Shown here piece after piece: positions 19,203 to 30,756 of a stretch of DNA of 64,000 bases; within the stretch, counting starts at the first letter, position 1; every line of letters begins with the position of its first letter. The stretch comes from an uncultured Christensenella sp. (GTDB taxonomy: Bacteria > Bacillota > Clostridia > Christensenellales > UBA1242). Made by a program: the position numbers and the translations under genes. The stretch is from assembly GCA_905207515.1 (NCBI GenBank), contig CAJLLK010000001.1, positions 12,782 through 76,781 of the forward strand. The letters are read 5' to 3'. Under the pieces are notes generated by a model. That model ran no database searches, was not told the origin of the DNA, and saw nothing but the letters and a program-made list of their open reading frames with translations.

Positions 19203-20498
19203 ATGAATTTTACACCTAAACAAATTGTAAATGAATTGGATAAATATATTGTTGGACAAACCAAAGCCAAAAAAGCGGTGGCGGTTGCACTTCGAAATCG
19301 CTATAGAAGAAGCAAGCTTCCTGCTGAAGTTCGCGACGAAATCACACCAAAAAACATTGTTATGAGCGGACCTACTGGTGTCGGAAAGACCGAAATTGCT
19401 CGCCGTCTTGCTAAGCTTGTTGGCGCGCCATTTGTCAAAGTTGAAGCGACGAAATATACTGAAGTAGGCTATGTCGGCAGAGATGTTGAAAGCATGGTCA
19501 GAGATTTGGTTGAAGTCGCTGTCAGAATGGTCAAAGACCGCAAGAAGAAAGAAGTTGAAGACAAAGTTATGCCGATTGTCGAAAGCAAACTTGTCGATGC
19601 CCTTTTCCAAAATCGCAGAGTGACAATGGTTGACGTCAACAGAGACAGCTTGTTTGAAGAACTCCACAGCGGAAAATGCGAAGAGGAGACGGTTGAAGTT
19701 GTTGTTTTGGAAACTCCAAAGCCTATGATGGCTTTTGGCTCGGGCGAAATCAATTTGGGCTCGATGTTTGACAGCCTTGCACCACAAAAACATAAGAAAA
19801 AGAAGATGACGGTCAGACACGCAAGAGAGGTTTTGTTGCAAGAAGAAAGCGACAAGATTATCGACATGGACAACGTCAATGAAGAAGCGATTTCTTTGGC
19901 AGAAGAGCAGGGCATTATCTTTATCGATGAAATCGACAAAATCATCGGAAAAAGCCAGGCGACAAACAGCGCTGATGTTTCGCGAGAAGGCGTGCAAAGA
20001 GACATTTTGCCGATTGTGGAAGGCAGCACCGTTCCAACAAAATATGGCAATGTGAAAACAGACTTCATTCTTTTCATTGCTGCGGGGGCTTTCCATGTGG
20101 CAAAAATGGAAGACATGATTCCTGAACTTCAAGGAAGATTTCCTATCAGGGTGGAACTTGAAAGTTTGACAAAAGAGGATTTCAAAAAGATTTTGAGCAC
20201 TCCAAAAAACGCGGTGACAGTGCAATATTCAAACCTTTTGAAAGTCGACAACATCAATCTTGTGTTTAAAGATGACGCTTTGGACGAAATCGCGGAAATG
20301 GCAGAAAGAGAAAACGAAACAAGCGAAGACTTGGGCGCAAGACGACTTCACACAATCATGGAAGCGCTTTTGGAAGATGTTTCTTTCAATGCCACAGGCG
20401 AACATCCAATGCTTGACATCATTATCGACAAAAATTATGTTGACAATGTTTTCAAAGACAGACAATATAAATTTGATTTGAAGAAATATGTTTTATAA
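19203..20498 (+). CDS. hslU: ATP-dependent protease ATPase subunit HslU
   Basis: TPKQIVNELDKYIVGQ, Walker A GPTGVGKTEIARRLA, Walker B IIFIDEIDK. Confidence 0.95.
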   Translation: MNFTPKQIVNELDKYIVGQTKAKKAVAVALRNRYRRSKLPAEVRDEITPKNIVMSGPTGVGKTEIARRLAKLVGAPFVKVEATKYTEVGYVGRDVESMVRDLVEVAVRMVKDRKKKEVEDKVMPIVESKLVDALFQNRRVTMVDVNRDSLFEELHSGKCEEETVEVVVLETPKPMMAFGSGEINLGSMFDSLAPQKHKKKKMTVRHAREVLLQEESDKIIDMDNVNEEAISLAEEQGIIFIDEIDKIIGKSQATNSADVSREGVQRDILPIVEGSTVPTKYGNVKTDFILFIAAGAFHVAKMEDMIPELQGRFPIRVELESLTKEDFKKILSTPKNAVTVQYSNLLKVDNINLVFKDDALDEIAEMAERENETSEDLGARRLHTIMEALLEDVSFNATGEHPMLDIIIDKNYVDNVFKDRQYKFDLKKYVL

Positions 20499-20506
20499 TC
20501 AAAATA

Positions 20507-20545
20507 TTGTGTATTATGCAAGAAAAATTTTGCATAATACCACAA
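20507..20545. repeat. TTGCATAAYAC motif cluster c: inverted pair with 8-nt spacer
   Basis: TTGTGTATTATGCAA (20507-20521), gaaaaatt, TTGCATAATACCACAA (20530-20545). The right copy ends 13 nt before the tcdA ATG. Confidence 0.75.
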
Positions 20546-20558
20546 GAAAAGGTGTTTT

Positions 20559-21233
20559 ATGTGGACGGATAGAACAAGTGCGTTGATTGGCGAAGAAGGA
20601 CTTGAAAAACTTAAAAACAGTCATGTGGCTGTCGTCGGCATTGGCGGAGTTGGTGGTTATGTTTGCGTTATGCTTGCAAGAGCTGGAGTTGGAAAACTGA
20701 CAATTGTCGATTTCGACAAAGTGGACGAAACCAACATCAACAGGCAAGTTGTTGCCACAACAAAAACAGTTGGAGAATATAAAGTGGATGTTATGGAAAA
20801 AATGTTGAGAGACATTAATCCAAACTGCCAGGTGTGCGCGCTTAAAGAGCGTTTCAACGAAAATTTTGCAAAAACTTTGTTTCAAAACCATTTTGATTTT
20901 GTTGTTGACGCAATTGACAGCGTTTCAGACAAGGTCGAACTCATTTGTTTTTGCAAACAGAATGGCATTGACATTGTTTCTGCCATGGGCGCGGGAAATC
21001 GAATTGACATTCCGCATTTTGAAGTGACTGACATTTTTAAAACGTCAAATGACGGCTTGGCAAAAGTTATGCGAAAGAAATTGCGTGAAAAACAAGTCGA
21101 GAGTTTAGATGTTGTCACAACAACTTCAAAGGCGCTTGCAACAAATGGAAAAATCGGCAGCATTTCATATTATCCTGCGATGTGCGGCTGTGTTTTGAGT
21201 GGTTTTGTTATAAACAAACTGCTGGCAAAATAA
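20559..21233 (+). CDS. tcdA: tRNA threonylcarbamoyladenosine dehydratase (ThiF/TcdA family)
   Basis: VAVVGIGGVGGY nucleotide-binding loop, DFDKVDETNINRQ, DAIDSVSDKVELI; collinear by eye with E. coli TcdA. Confidence 0.8.
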   Translation: MWTDRTSALIGEEGLEKLKNSHVAVVGIGGVGGYVCVMLARAGVGKLTIVDFDKVDETNINRQVVATTKTVGEYKVDVMEKMLRDINPNCQVCALKERFNENFAKTLFQNHFDFVVDAIDSVSDKVELICFCKQNGIDIVSAMGAGNRIDIPHFEVTDIFKTSNDGLAKVMRKKLREKQVESLDVVTTTSKALATNGKIGSISYYPAMCGCVLSGFVINKLLAK

Positions 21234-21254
21234 GTTATTTTAAAAGGAGAATTT

Positions 21255-21563
21255 ATGGAACTTTTAAACGAGAAAAATTTTCAAGAAAAAATCTCTAAAG
21301 GTGTTGTTGTGGTGGACTTTTTTGCAACTTGGTGCGGACCTTGCAGAATGCTGGCACCAATTTTGGAAGATGTTCAAGAAGAGCTAAAAGACCAAGCTCA
21401 CATTTTCAAGGTTGACGTCGACGAAAACGAAAAATTGGCTCGAAGCTTTGGAATTATGAGCATTCCGACAATCATCGTTTTTGTCAACGGCGAAATGAAA
21501 GACAAACGCGTTGGTTTGATGATGAAAGATGAACTTTTGGCACTTGTCAAAAAATATCTTTGA
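21255..21563 (+). CDS. trxA: Thioredoxin
   Basis: 102 aa, WCGPC active site. Confidence 0.95.
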   Translation: MELLNEKNFQEKISKGVVVVDFFATWCGPCRMLAPILEDVQEELKDQAHIFKVDVDENEKLARSFGIMSIPTIIVFVNGEMKDKRVGLMMKDELLALVKKYL

Positions 21564-21614
21564 TTTTTCGGCTTATCAACAACATTTTTGGTGTCAACAA
21601 TTTGATTTTACCTA

Positions 21615-21643
21615 TTGACAATCTCTTTTGTTGGTGTTAAAAT
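21615..21643 (+). promoter_or_regulatory. nifS-nifU promoter
   Basis: TTGACA (21615-21620), 17 nt, TAAAAT (21638-21643); the leader carries SD AAAGGA. Confidence 0.6.
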
Positions 21644-21665
21644 TGAACTATTAAAAGGACGTCTT

Positions 21666-22841
21666 ATGGAAAGAAAAATTTATTTGGATAACGCTTCAAC
21701 AACTTACGTTTCAAATGAAGTTTTGAACGAAATGTTGCCTTGTTTCAATTCCATTTATGGAAACGCTGGCTCATTACATAGTTTTGGCCGCGATGCAATG
21801 GCGATTGTTGACAGAGCAAGAGACAGAGTGAAAGAAGCTATCAACGCCGAAAAAGCCAATGAAATTTATTTCACAAGCGGCGGCACTGAAGCTGACAATT
21901 GGGCGATTTTGGGGGTTGCTCATGCTTACGCAAACAAGGGCAAACACATCATCACAAGCCAAATTGAACACCATGCAATTTTGAACGCTTGCGAACAACT
22001 CGAAAAGGAAGGCTTTGAAGTGACTTATTTGCCAGTTGACAGCACTGGACTTGTTGACATCGCAGAACTTCTGCACGCCATTCGAAGCGACACGACGCTG
22101 ATTTCGGTTATGTCAGTAAACAACGAAGTTGGCACAATTGAAAACATCAAAACCATTGCCAAAATCGCACATGAATATCACATCATTTTCCACACCGACG
22201 CTGTTCAAGCCATTGGAAACCTGAAAATGGATGTTCAAGACATGGAAATTGACCTTATGTCTATGTCTTCTCACAAAATTCATGGGCCAAAAGGCGTTGG
22301 AGCGTTGTATGTTAAAAACGGCATCAACATCGAACCTATCACTTTTGGCGGAATCAACCAAGAGCGTGGCAAACGTGCGGGAACAGAAAATGTTGCTGGA
22401 ATTGCGGGCTTTGGAAAGGCGATTGAAATTGCCACAAGAAATTATGTTATAAACAACAAAAAACTCAGAACAATCAGAGATTATTTCCTGGAAAAATTGA
22501 CCGAAAAAGTGGATTATTTTCAGGTAAATGGTCATCCACAACAAAAATCAAATGCCATTTTAAACATTTCTTTCTATGGCGTTGAAGGAGAATCCATTTT
22601 GATGCTTTTGGACTTGGCAGGAATTGCTGTTTCCACAACATCAGCTTGCACATCAAAGGCAATGCTTCCATCGCATGTTTTGAAAGCAATGGGCGTTCCT
22701 GATGACATTGCTCAAGGCTCAATCAGAATTTCATTCGGCACCAACATTTCTAAGTCAGATGTGGACTATGTTGTAGACGAAATTCAAAAGGTTGTCGCAA
22801 AACTGAGAGCAATTTCACCAATTCAAGCGGGGAGGATTTAA
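21666..22841 (+). CDS. nifS: Cysteine desulfurase NifS (start refined to ATG 21666)
   Basis: MERKIYLDNASTT, SSHKIHGPKG (PLP Lys), SACTS active Cys. The promoter lies inside the longer ORF-track extension. Confidence 0.9.
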   Translation: MERKIYLDNASTTYVSNEVLNEMLPCFNSIYGNAGSLHSFGRDAMAIVDRARDRVKEAINAEKANEIYFTSGGTEADNWAILGVAHAYANKGKHIITSQIEHHAILNACEQLEKEGFEVTYLPVDSTGLVDIAELLHAIRSDTTLISVMSVNNEVGTIENIKTIAKIAHEYHIIFHTDAVQAIGNLKMDVQDMEIDLMSMSSHKIHGPKGVGALYVKNGINIEPITFGGINQERGKRAGTENVAGIAGFGKAIEIATRNYVINNKKLRTIRDYFLEKLTEKVDYFQVNGHPQQKSNAILNISFYGVEGESILMLLDLAGIAVSTTSACTSKAMLPSHVLKAMGVPDDIAQGSIRISFGTNISKSDVDYVVDEIQKVVAKLRAISPIQAGRI

Positions 22842-22843
22842 AT

Positions 22844-23275
22844 ATGTATTACAGCAAAACGGTTATGGATAGATTTCAAAATCCAAGAAATGCAGGTGGC
22901 ATGCACGGCGCAAACGCAATTGGTCAAGTTGGAAATGTTGCTTGTGGCGACATCATGAAGCTTTATTTGAAAATAAACGACAATGGCGTCATTGAAAACG
23001 CGAGATTTAAGACTTTTGGCTGCTGTGTGGCAATCGCTGCAACAGACATCGCTTGTGATTTGGTCAAAGGAAAGACCATTGATGAAGCATTGAAAATTTC
23101 AAACACAGATTTGATGAACATTTTGGGAGAAATTCCTACGCACAAAATATATTGTTGCATTTTGGCTGAAGAAGCTATCAGAGCGGCAATTGAAGATTAT
23201 TATAAAAGACGCGAAAAAGAATCAAAAATGGCAATCAAGAAGTCTATGAAAAATTCTGAAGAGATTGCCGAATAA
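22844..23275 (+). CDS. nifU: Fe-S cluster assembly scaffold NifU/IscU
   Basis: NPRNAG..., VACGDIMKLYL, FKTFGCCVAIA; three scaffold Cys present. Confidence 0.9.
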   Translation: MYYSKTVMDRFQNPRNAGGMHGANAIGQVGNVACGDIMKLYLKINDNGVIENARFKTFGCCVAIAATDIACDLVKGKTIDEALKISNTDLMNILGEIPTHKIYCCILAEEAIRAAIEDYYKRREKESKMAIKKSMKNSEEIAE

Positions 23276-23295
23276 AAAATTGTCAGATAAAAAAT

Positions 23296-23328
23296 AAAAA
23301 GCATCTAAGTTTGAATAGATGCTTTTTT
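23296..23328 (+). terminator. nifU terminator
   Basis: AAAAAGCATCTaagtttgaatAGATGCTTTTTT. Confidence 0.75.
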
Positions 23329-23329
23329 G

Positions 23330-23409
23330 TTGCATAACACCATTTGTTTAAAATGTTGCATAATACCATATTTTGTGTGACTGCTTTTGCATAATACGCA
23401 AGATATAGC
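23330..23409 (+). repeat. TTGCATAAYAC motif cluster d: three direct copies
   Basis: TTGCATAACACC (23330-23341), TTGCATAATACC (23356-23367), TTGCATAATACGCAAGATATAG (23387-23408). Confidence 0.75.
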
Positions 23410-23593
23410 CTATCTCTTCGCAAAACTTGTGTTTTGCGAATAAATTTAAAGCCTTATTTTCTAAAAAATTTTGTTGTCTCCCATAAAATTTTGCCTATAA
23501 AATTATAAAAAGTTGCAAACAAAAAGATTTAATTGAAAGTTTAGAACAGCTTTTCTGACAAATTAGCGCCCAAATTTAAACCAAGCCCAACTA

Positions 23594-25778
<2,185 letters not shown>

Positions 25779-25797
25779 TTTGTTCCTTTTAAAGTCG

Positions 25798-26802
25798 TTA
25801 GCTTTTAGGTGTGTAAGCTATTCCCAAATGATGATAAGCGTTTTCAAGCGCAACCCTTCCTCTTGGCGTTCGAGCGATAAAGCCCAGCTGCAAAAGGTAT
25901 GGCTCATAAACATCTTCAATTGTTCCGGCATCTTCACTGATTGTGGCTGAAAGCGTTTCCAGGCCGACCGGTCCGCCGCCAAATTTGTAGATTATGCTCT
26001 CCAAAATTTTTCTATCGATAAAATCCAGCCCAAGCTCGTCAATTTCCATTTTTGCAAGCGCCTGGTCGGCTATTTCTTTGGTTATTTTGCCAGTTCCCAG
26101 CACTTCGGCATAATCTCTCACACGCTTCAAAAGTCTGTTGGCAATTCTCGGCGTTCCTCTAGAACGTCTCGCGATGTCAAGGCTGGCTTGTTCATCGATT
26201 TCGATGTTCAAAATTTTTGCCGAACGCTTGATGATGATTTGCAAATCTTGGTCGCTATAAAGTTCCAAACGGCAAATCACACCAAATCTGTCTCGCAATG
26301 GGCTTGTCAACATCCCCGCTTTTGTTGTGGCACCAATCAATGTGAAAGGTTGAATTTTCAAACGCATATTTTTGGCAGACGGACCTTTTCCGACAATAAA
26401 ATCAAGTGCAAAGTCTTCCATTGCGGGATACAAAATTTCTTCAACACTTTTGTTTAAACGATGTATTTCGTCGATGAACAACACATCATTTTTGCCCAAA
26501 TTTGTCAAAATTGCCGCAAGGTCTGCTGCGTGTTCGATTGCTGGACCAGATGTAACCTTAAACTGGCTGCCAAGTTCGTTTGCAATGATGTGCGAAAGTG
26601 TGGTTTTCCCAAGCCCCGGCGGACCATACAACAAAACATGGTCCAGAGCGTCTTTTCTGGATTTTGCCGCCTTGATATAAATCTCCAAACTTTGCTTGAT
26701 TTTGTCTTGCCCGACATAATCTTCAAGCCTTGTCGGTCTCAACGAATTTTCAATTTCTGCATCTGTCCAATTTTTTGAACTTGTTATAAATCTATCATCC
26801 AT
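25798..26802 (-). CDS. ruvB: Holliday junction helicase RuvB (ATG 26802 preferred over upstream TTG 26823)
   Basis: [12 protein letters not shown], Walker [10 protein letters not shown], Walker [15 protein letters not shown] lies just upstream of ATG 26802. Confidence 0.93.
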   Translation of the reverse strand: MDDRFITSSKNWTDAEIENSLRPTRLEDYVGQDKIKQSLEIYIKAAKSRKDALDHVLLYGPPGLGKTTLSHIIANELGSQFKVTSGPAIEHAADLAAILTNLGKNDVLFIDEIHRLNKSVEEILYPAMEDFALDFIVGKGPSAKNMRLKIQPFTLIGATTKAGMLTSPLRDRFGVICRLELYSDQDLQIIIKRSAKILNIEIDEQASLDIARRSRGTPRIANRLLKRVRDYAEVLGTGKITKEIADQALAKMEIDELGLDFIDRKILESIIYKFGGGPVGLETLSATISEDAGTIEDVYEPYLLQLGFIARTPRGRVALENAYHHLGIAYTPKS

Positions 26803-26946
26803 AAACTCCTGGGGAGGCACCAAAAGTTTTCAACGGCACACGGCAAAATTGCCTGATGCCTAAACTTTCGGTTCCCCGTCCCAATCTCCCTCCTTTTAAA
26901 GAACAAAACTTGCGTTTTGTTGGTTGATGACGCTTGATTTTGCCGC

Positions 26947-27543
26947 TTATCTTCCAAGTTCTCTCAAAACTTTCAAGATAATCTCTTCAGCGGTCATCTC
27001 TTCGGTCGCCTTGCTTCTTGCAAGCCTGTAAGCTTCATTTTTGTTTACGCCCAGGCTAATAAGGGTTTCAACAGCGTCGTTGAGAGCGGTTTCGTTAAAG
27101 TTTTGAGCAAGGTTTTGGTCAAGAAGTGGAATGCCATTTGAAACAACCTTATCTTTGAGTTCCAAACAAATTCTCTCGGCGCTCTTTTTGCCCAAGCCTT
27201 TGATTTTTGAAAGCAAAACGCTGTCTTCGTTGACAATTGCGACAATCAGGTCAGAAAGTTTTATGCCCGAAAGAATGGTTATCGCCATTTTTGGCCCAAT
27301 GCCTGAAACTGTTATCAGCTTCAAAAACATGGCTTTCTCTTCTTCAGTGGCAAATCCATAAAGGCAAACGCCAGTGTTTTCACTCACTTGCAGATAGGTC
27401 AAAATTTTCGCCGTTTCGCCTTCCATCGGCAGGCTGGCAAGAGTGTTGTTTGAAATTGTCAGCTCATAACCCACTCCGTTGACATCGACAACGAGCAGAT
27501 TTTCTTTTTTTTCTTCGATTGTTCCAACCAAAAACGAAATCAT
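26947..27543 (-). CDS. ruvA: Holliday junction DNA-binding protein RuvA
   Basis: MISFLVGTI...VDVNGVGYEL, HhH motifs VSGIGPKMA and IKGLGKKSAERI. Confidence 0.9.
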   Translation of the reverse strand: MISFLVGTIEEKKENLLVVDVNGVGYELTISNNTLASLPMEGETAKILTYLQVSENTGVCLYGFATEEEKAMFLKLITVSGIGPKMAITILSGIKLSDLIVAIVNEDSVLLSKIKGLGKKSAERICLELKDKVVSNGIPLLDQNLAQNFNETALNDAVETLISLGVNKNEAYRLARSKATEEMTAEEIILKVLRELGR

Positions 27544-27552
27544 GTGTTCTCC

Positions 27553-28041
27553 TTAAATCATGTTGAAATTCAAATTTGGATTTATCTGGCTGTGACAAAG
27601 TGCAACCGCCAAAGCATCAGCCGCATCATCTGGTTTTGGAATTTTTTCCAATCCCAAAATGTTTTTAACCATAAATTGCATCTGTTTTTTATCTGCGCGA
27701 CCGTTCCCCGTCAACGCCTGTTTGATTTGCATTGGCGTATATTCAAAAATGCGTTCACAAAATTTTTCAGCAGTCAAAATAATCACGCCACGTGCTTCAG
27801 CCACCGGAATAACAGTCGTTTGGTTATGAAAATAGAACAATTCTTCAATTGCCACTTCATCTGGTTTGTAAGTTTCAAAAAGCACGCGCAAAGCTTCTTC
27901 AATTCTCAAAAGTCTGACCGGAAAACTCTCTTCTTTTGGCGTTTCAATAACTCCAAAATCGACAACATAGTTGTTTCGATGAGTGTCAATGATGCCATAG
28001 CCGACAATTCCATAACCTGGGTCAATTCCTAAAATTCTCAT
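27553..28041 (-). CDS. ruvC: Holliday junction resolvase RuvC
   Basis: MRILGIDPGYGIVGYGII canonical N-terminus, VAIEELFY, DAADALAVALCH. Confidence 0.9.
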   Translation of the reverse strand: MRILGIDPGYGIVGYGIIDTHRNNYVVDFGVIETPKEESFPVRLLRIEEALRVLFETYKPDEVAIEELFYFHNQTTVIPVAEARGVIILTAEKFCERIFEYTPMQIKQALTGNGRADKKQMQFMVKNILGLEKIPKPDDAADALAVALCHSQINPNLNFNMI

Positions 28042-28047
28042 AAATTT

Positions 28048-28076
28048 ATTTTAAACAATAGGGCGTTTTTTGTCAA
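28048..28076 (-). promoter_or_regulatory. ruvC promoter placed for a leaderless transcript
   Basis: Minus strand: TTGACA (28076-28071), 17 nt, TAAAAT (28053-28048), 6 nt (AAATTT), ATG at 28041. No SD. Confidence 0.65.
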
Positions 28077-28131
28077 ACGAAACACAAGCATTTGCAACAA
28101 AAAAAAGCAGGAAACCTCGCTTTTATTTTCG

Positions 28132-28860
28132 TCACTCTTCTTCTGTAAGGTTGACATTATGATAAACTTCTTGAACATCGTCCAAATCTTCAAGTGCGTC
28201 AATCATTCGCTGGAACTTCGCTTCTTGTTCGGCGTCCAAAGTCACATACATGTCAGGAACGAGTGCTGTTTCAGAAGAGACAATGTTATAGCCTTTCTTT
28301 TCGAGTGTGTCACGCATTTGACCATCTTGATTTGGCTCGGTGATGATTTCAACAGCATCTTCATCTTCCACAACATCCACAGCGCCCGCTTCGATTGCGT
28401 CAAGCATAAGAGTGTCGACGTCGTTGCAATCAACCACAACAACAACGCCCTTTCTTTTGAAAAGATAAGAAACGCAGTTTGTTGAGCCCAAGCTGCCACC
28501 ATGTTTGTCAAAAGCGTGTCTAACGTCGCCAGCCGTTCTGTTTTTGTTGTCAGTTAAGCATTCTACAATCACCGCCGAACCGCCAACACCATAGCCTTCA
28601 TAGGTTGTGGCTTCATAGTTCACGCCACCGAGTTCTCCAGCCGCTTTTTTGATTGACCTTTCAATGTTGTCGTTTGGCATATTGTTTTGTTTTGCTTTTG
28701 CAATGATATCTTTCAATTTGCTGTTGACATTTGGGTCAGAACCGCCCATTTTGACGCAAACTGCAATTTCTCTTCCGATTTTGGTAAAAATTTTGCCTCT
28801 CGCTGCGTCAGTTTTGCCTTTTTTTGCCTGTATATTGTGCCATTTTGAATGTCCCGACAT
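28132..28860 (-). CDS. yebC: YebC/PmpR family DNA-binding regulator
   Basis: [27 protein letters not shown] canonical start; full-length at 242 aa. Confidence 0.92.
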   Translation of the reverse strand: MSGHSKWHNIQAKKGKTDAARGKIFTKIGREIAVCVKMGGSDPNVNSKLKDIIAKAKQNNMPNDNIERSIKKAAGELGGVNYEATTYEGYGVGGSAVIVECLTDNKNRTAGDVRHAFDKHGGSLGSTNCVSYLFKRKGVVVVVDCNDVDTLMLDAIEAGAVDVVEDEDAVEIITEPNQDGQMRDTLEKKGYNIVSSETALVPDMYVTLDAEQEAKFQRMIDALEDLDDVQEVYHNVNLTEEE

Positions 28861-28944
28861 TGTTTTTCTCCTTAAAAATTATTCTATTTCTATAATAAAT
28901 CTTATTTTCGCTCTCTGTCAAATTAAATAGCGTCGAAAACAAAA

Positions 28945-29670
28945 TTAAAACAAAGTTTTGTTGATTTCATACATAATAATACTTCCGCTAACGCCAGCGT
29001 TTAGGCTTTCAATGCCTGGCATCATCGGAATTTTTACGCTTTGTTTACACAAATTTGAAATTTCTTTGCTGACACCCTGACCTTCGTTTCCAATCACAAC
29101 GCCCACCTGTTTGTCAGTTTTGAAATTGAAGATGTTTTCTCCATTCATGTCGCATTTCAACAAATTTAAGTTGTTTTTTTGCGAGAAAGCGACAAATTCT
29201 TCTCTTGGAAGCTCAAAAACCTTGCTGTCAAAAACGGCTCCGACAGAACTTCGAATAAGTTTCGCATTAGATTTTTTGACTGAATCGACAAGATAGACAA
29301 ACGAAAAACCGCTTGCAAAAGCACTTCGAATGAGCGTTCCAACATTGCCTGGGTCTTGAAGTCCATCCAAAACAAGAAAATTTGTTTTTGGCGCAACCAC
29401 AACATCTTGTGTGTAGTATGCAACGCATAATACTTTCTGTGGTGTTTTTGTGTCTGAAAGTTGTTCAATTGTTTTGTCGTCAGTCTTAAAAATTTTGCCA
29501 CTAAAATCAAATGGCAGACTGTCTAAACTTGTCAAGATGCAATCAGTTTTGATGGAATTATTTTTTATGGCGTCTTTGATGATTTTGACATTATCCAAAA
29601 AAAGCAAAGACTTGTTTTCTCGTTTTTGCTTTTTAAGTGTCAATATGAAGTTTTTTGTCGCCTTTTCCAT
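28945..29670 (-). CDS. TrmH/SpoU family RNA 2'-O-methyltransferase
   Basis: LDGLQDPGNVGTLIRSA, VVIGNEGQGVS, IPMMPGIESLNAGVSGSIIMYE. Confidence 0.85.
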   Translation of the reverse strand: MEKATKNFILTLKKQKRENKSLLFLDNVKIIKDAIKNNSIKTDCILTSLDSLPFDFSGKIFKTDDKTIEQLSDTKTPQKVLCVAYYTQDVVVAPKTNFLVLDGLQDPGNVGTLIRSAFASGFSFVYLVDSVKKSNAKLIRSSVGAVFDSKVFELPREEFVAFSQKNNLNLLKCDMNGENIFNFKTDKQVGVVIGNEGQGVSKEISNLCKQSVKIPMMPGIESLNAGVSGSIIMYEINKTLF

Positions 29671-30017
29671 TATGCCTTCTTGGCAACTTCAACAAGGTTT
29701 GCAAATGCAGCAGGTTCTCTGACTGCAATATCTGCAAGAACTTTTCTGTTGAGAGTTACGTTGGCTTTTTTAAGTCCGCTGACAAATCTGCTGTAAGAAA
29801 TGTCGTTTTGTCTGCACGCTGCGTTGATTCTTGTTATCCAAAGAGCACGGAAATCTCTTTTCTTTTGTTTACGGCCAATGTATGCATATTGTCCGCTCTT
29901 CATAACTTGTTCTCTTGCTGTTCTGTAAAGCTTACTCTTTGCTCCAAAGTAACCTTTTGCTTGTTTTAAAATCTTTCTACGCTTTTTAACTGCGTTTACT
30001 CCTCTTTTAATTCTCAT
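29670..30017 (-). CDS. rplT: 50S ribosomal protein L20
   Basis: [25 protein letters not shown]. Confidence 0.97.
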   Translation of the reverse strand: MRIKRGVNAVKKRRKILKQAKGYFGAKSKLYRTAREQVMKSGQYAYIGRKQKKRDFRALWITRINAACRQNDISYSRFVSGLKKANVTLNRKVLADIAVREPAAFANLVEVAKKA

Positions 30018-30030
30018 TTTCCCCTCCTAA

Positions 30031-30225
30031 TTACTTGCAGAGCAGTGTCTTAATGTTGCTAGCGTTCTTTCCAGCAATATAAGAACCTTTTCTGAGTTTT
30101 CTTTTTCTGTTTTTGTTTTTGTTTGTCAAGAAGTGACCCTTTCCTGGTCTTGCATACTTAACTTTTCCTGTTGCAGTGAGTGAAAATCTTTTCTTGACAC
30201 CACTATGTGTTTTTTGTTTAGGCAT
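30031..30225 (-). CDS. rpmI: 50S ribosomal protein L35
   Basis: MPKQKTHSGVKKRF; 64 aa. Confidence 0.95.
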   Translation of the reverse strand: MPKQKTHSGVKKRFSLTATGKVKYARPGKGHFLTNKNKNRKRKLRKGSYIAGKNASNIKTLLCK

Positions 30226-30240
30226 TTTCTTTTTCTCCTT

Positions 30241-30756
30241 TTATTTTGCTTTTTTCGGGTTGATTACGACAAAAACATTTTTGCCCATGATTGCTGGTTC
30301 TTTTTCAACAAAACCATAATCTGCCAAATCTGCCACAAATTTTTTGACAATTTCAACGGCATTTTTTGAGTAAGCTTGTTCTCTGCCTCTCATTCTCAGT
30401 GAGACCTTCACTTTGTCGCCGTCTTGCAAGATTTTTTGAGCGTTTTTAAGCTTGAAGCTGATGTGATAGTCATCAATGCGCATAGAAAGCTGAATTTCTT
30501 TGATTTCGCTTATCTTTTGATTTTTGCGAATCTCTTTTTCTTTTTTCAGCGTGTCAAACTTATATTTTCCGTAGTCCATAAGTTTGCAAACTGGTGGATT
30601 TGCATTTGGCGACATCAAAACCAAGTCCAATCCGCCTTTGTCAGCAATGTCTTGCGCAGCTGTTTTTGAGAGAACGCCAAGCTGTTCTCCTTCTTCTCCA
30701 ATCAATCTAACTTCTTTTGCTGTGATTTGGTCGTTGATTAACAATTCTTTAAAAAT
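30241..30756 (-). CDS. infC: Translation initiation factor IF-3, probable ATT start at 30756
   Basis: IFKELLINDQITAKEVRLIGEEGEQLG matches the IF-3 N-terminus. AGGAG (30766-30770) lies 9 nt before the in-frame ATT. The ORF-track TTG at 30744 has no SD. Confidence 0.9.
   Translation of the reverse strand: MFKELLINDQITAKEVRLIGEEGEQLGVLSKTAAQDIADKGGLDLVLMSPNANPPVCKLMDYGKYKFDTLKKEKEIRKNQKISEIKEIQLSMRIDDYHISFKLKNAQKILQDGDKVKVSLRMRGREQAYSKNAVEIVKKFVADLADYGFVEKEPAIMGKNVFVVINPKKAK

Noticed and set aside
18654-20225. 523-aa ORF on the minus strand spanning hslV-hslU. Similar long antisense ORFs occur at 9507-10649 (380 aa, opposite clpP/clpX), 15718-16332, 32415-33149, 39959-40564 and 49929-50423.
   Set aside because: Each lies fully antisense to a gene with unmistakable conserved motifs. 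Their products are low-complexity and F/K/N/C-rich, with no recognisable domain and no SD. Long antisense frames are expected opposite purine-rich, AT-rich coding strands.
20530-20545. Motif core TTGCA(T) considered as a sigma-54 -12 element, ATACCACA considered as a DnaA box, and TGTG...CACA ends considered as a Crp/Fnr or Rex site.
   Set aside because: No GG at the -24 position with correct spacing. Only CCACA of the nine DnaA-box positions matches. The inverted-pair spacing is variable and does not fit TGTGA-N6-TCACA or the Rex consensus.
21615-21665. N-terminal extensions offered by the ORF track for nifS (21615), tgt (24841), ruvB (26823), nusB (35313), asp23 (35662), spoIIIAG (36726), obg (47793), the Rho-like gene (51787), rbgA (61068) and the 41169 ORF (42149).
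   Set aside because: The extensions overlap the upstream gene or a promoter, lack an SD, and add residues absent from the conserved family N-termini. Internal ATGs preceded by GGAG-type SDs were used instead.
23328-23355. Possible dif (Xer) site TTGTTGCATAA-CACCAT-TTGTTTAAAAT in the convergent nifU/tgt gap. The GCATAA left arm and the right arm match E. coli/B. subtilis dif arms at about 8 of 11 positions.
   Set aside because: The outer left arm does not match. The GCATAA part is simply one of 16 copies of the dispersed motif. The window has several strand switches, so a terminus location is not implied. It would need GC-skew analysis of the whole chromosome and a PWM scan.
26795-26884. The 29-codon uORF upstream of ruvB considered as a confident protein-coding feature.
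   Set aside because: Its codon composition is GC-rich and atypical for this genome, it uses a TTG start only 4 nt from the SD, and the region is equally well explained by RNA structure. It is kept as a hypothesis in the findings, not as a feature.
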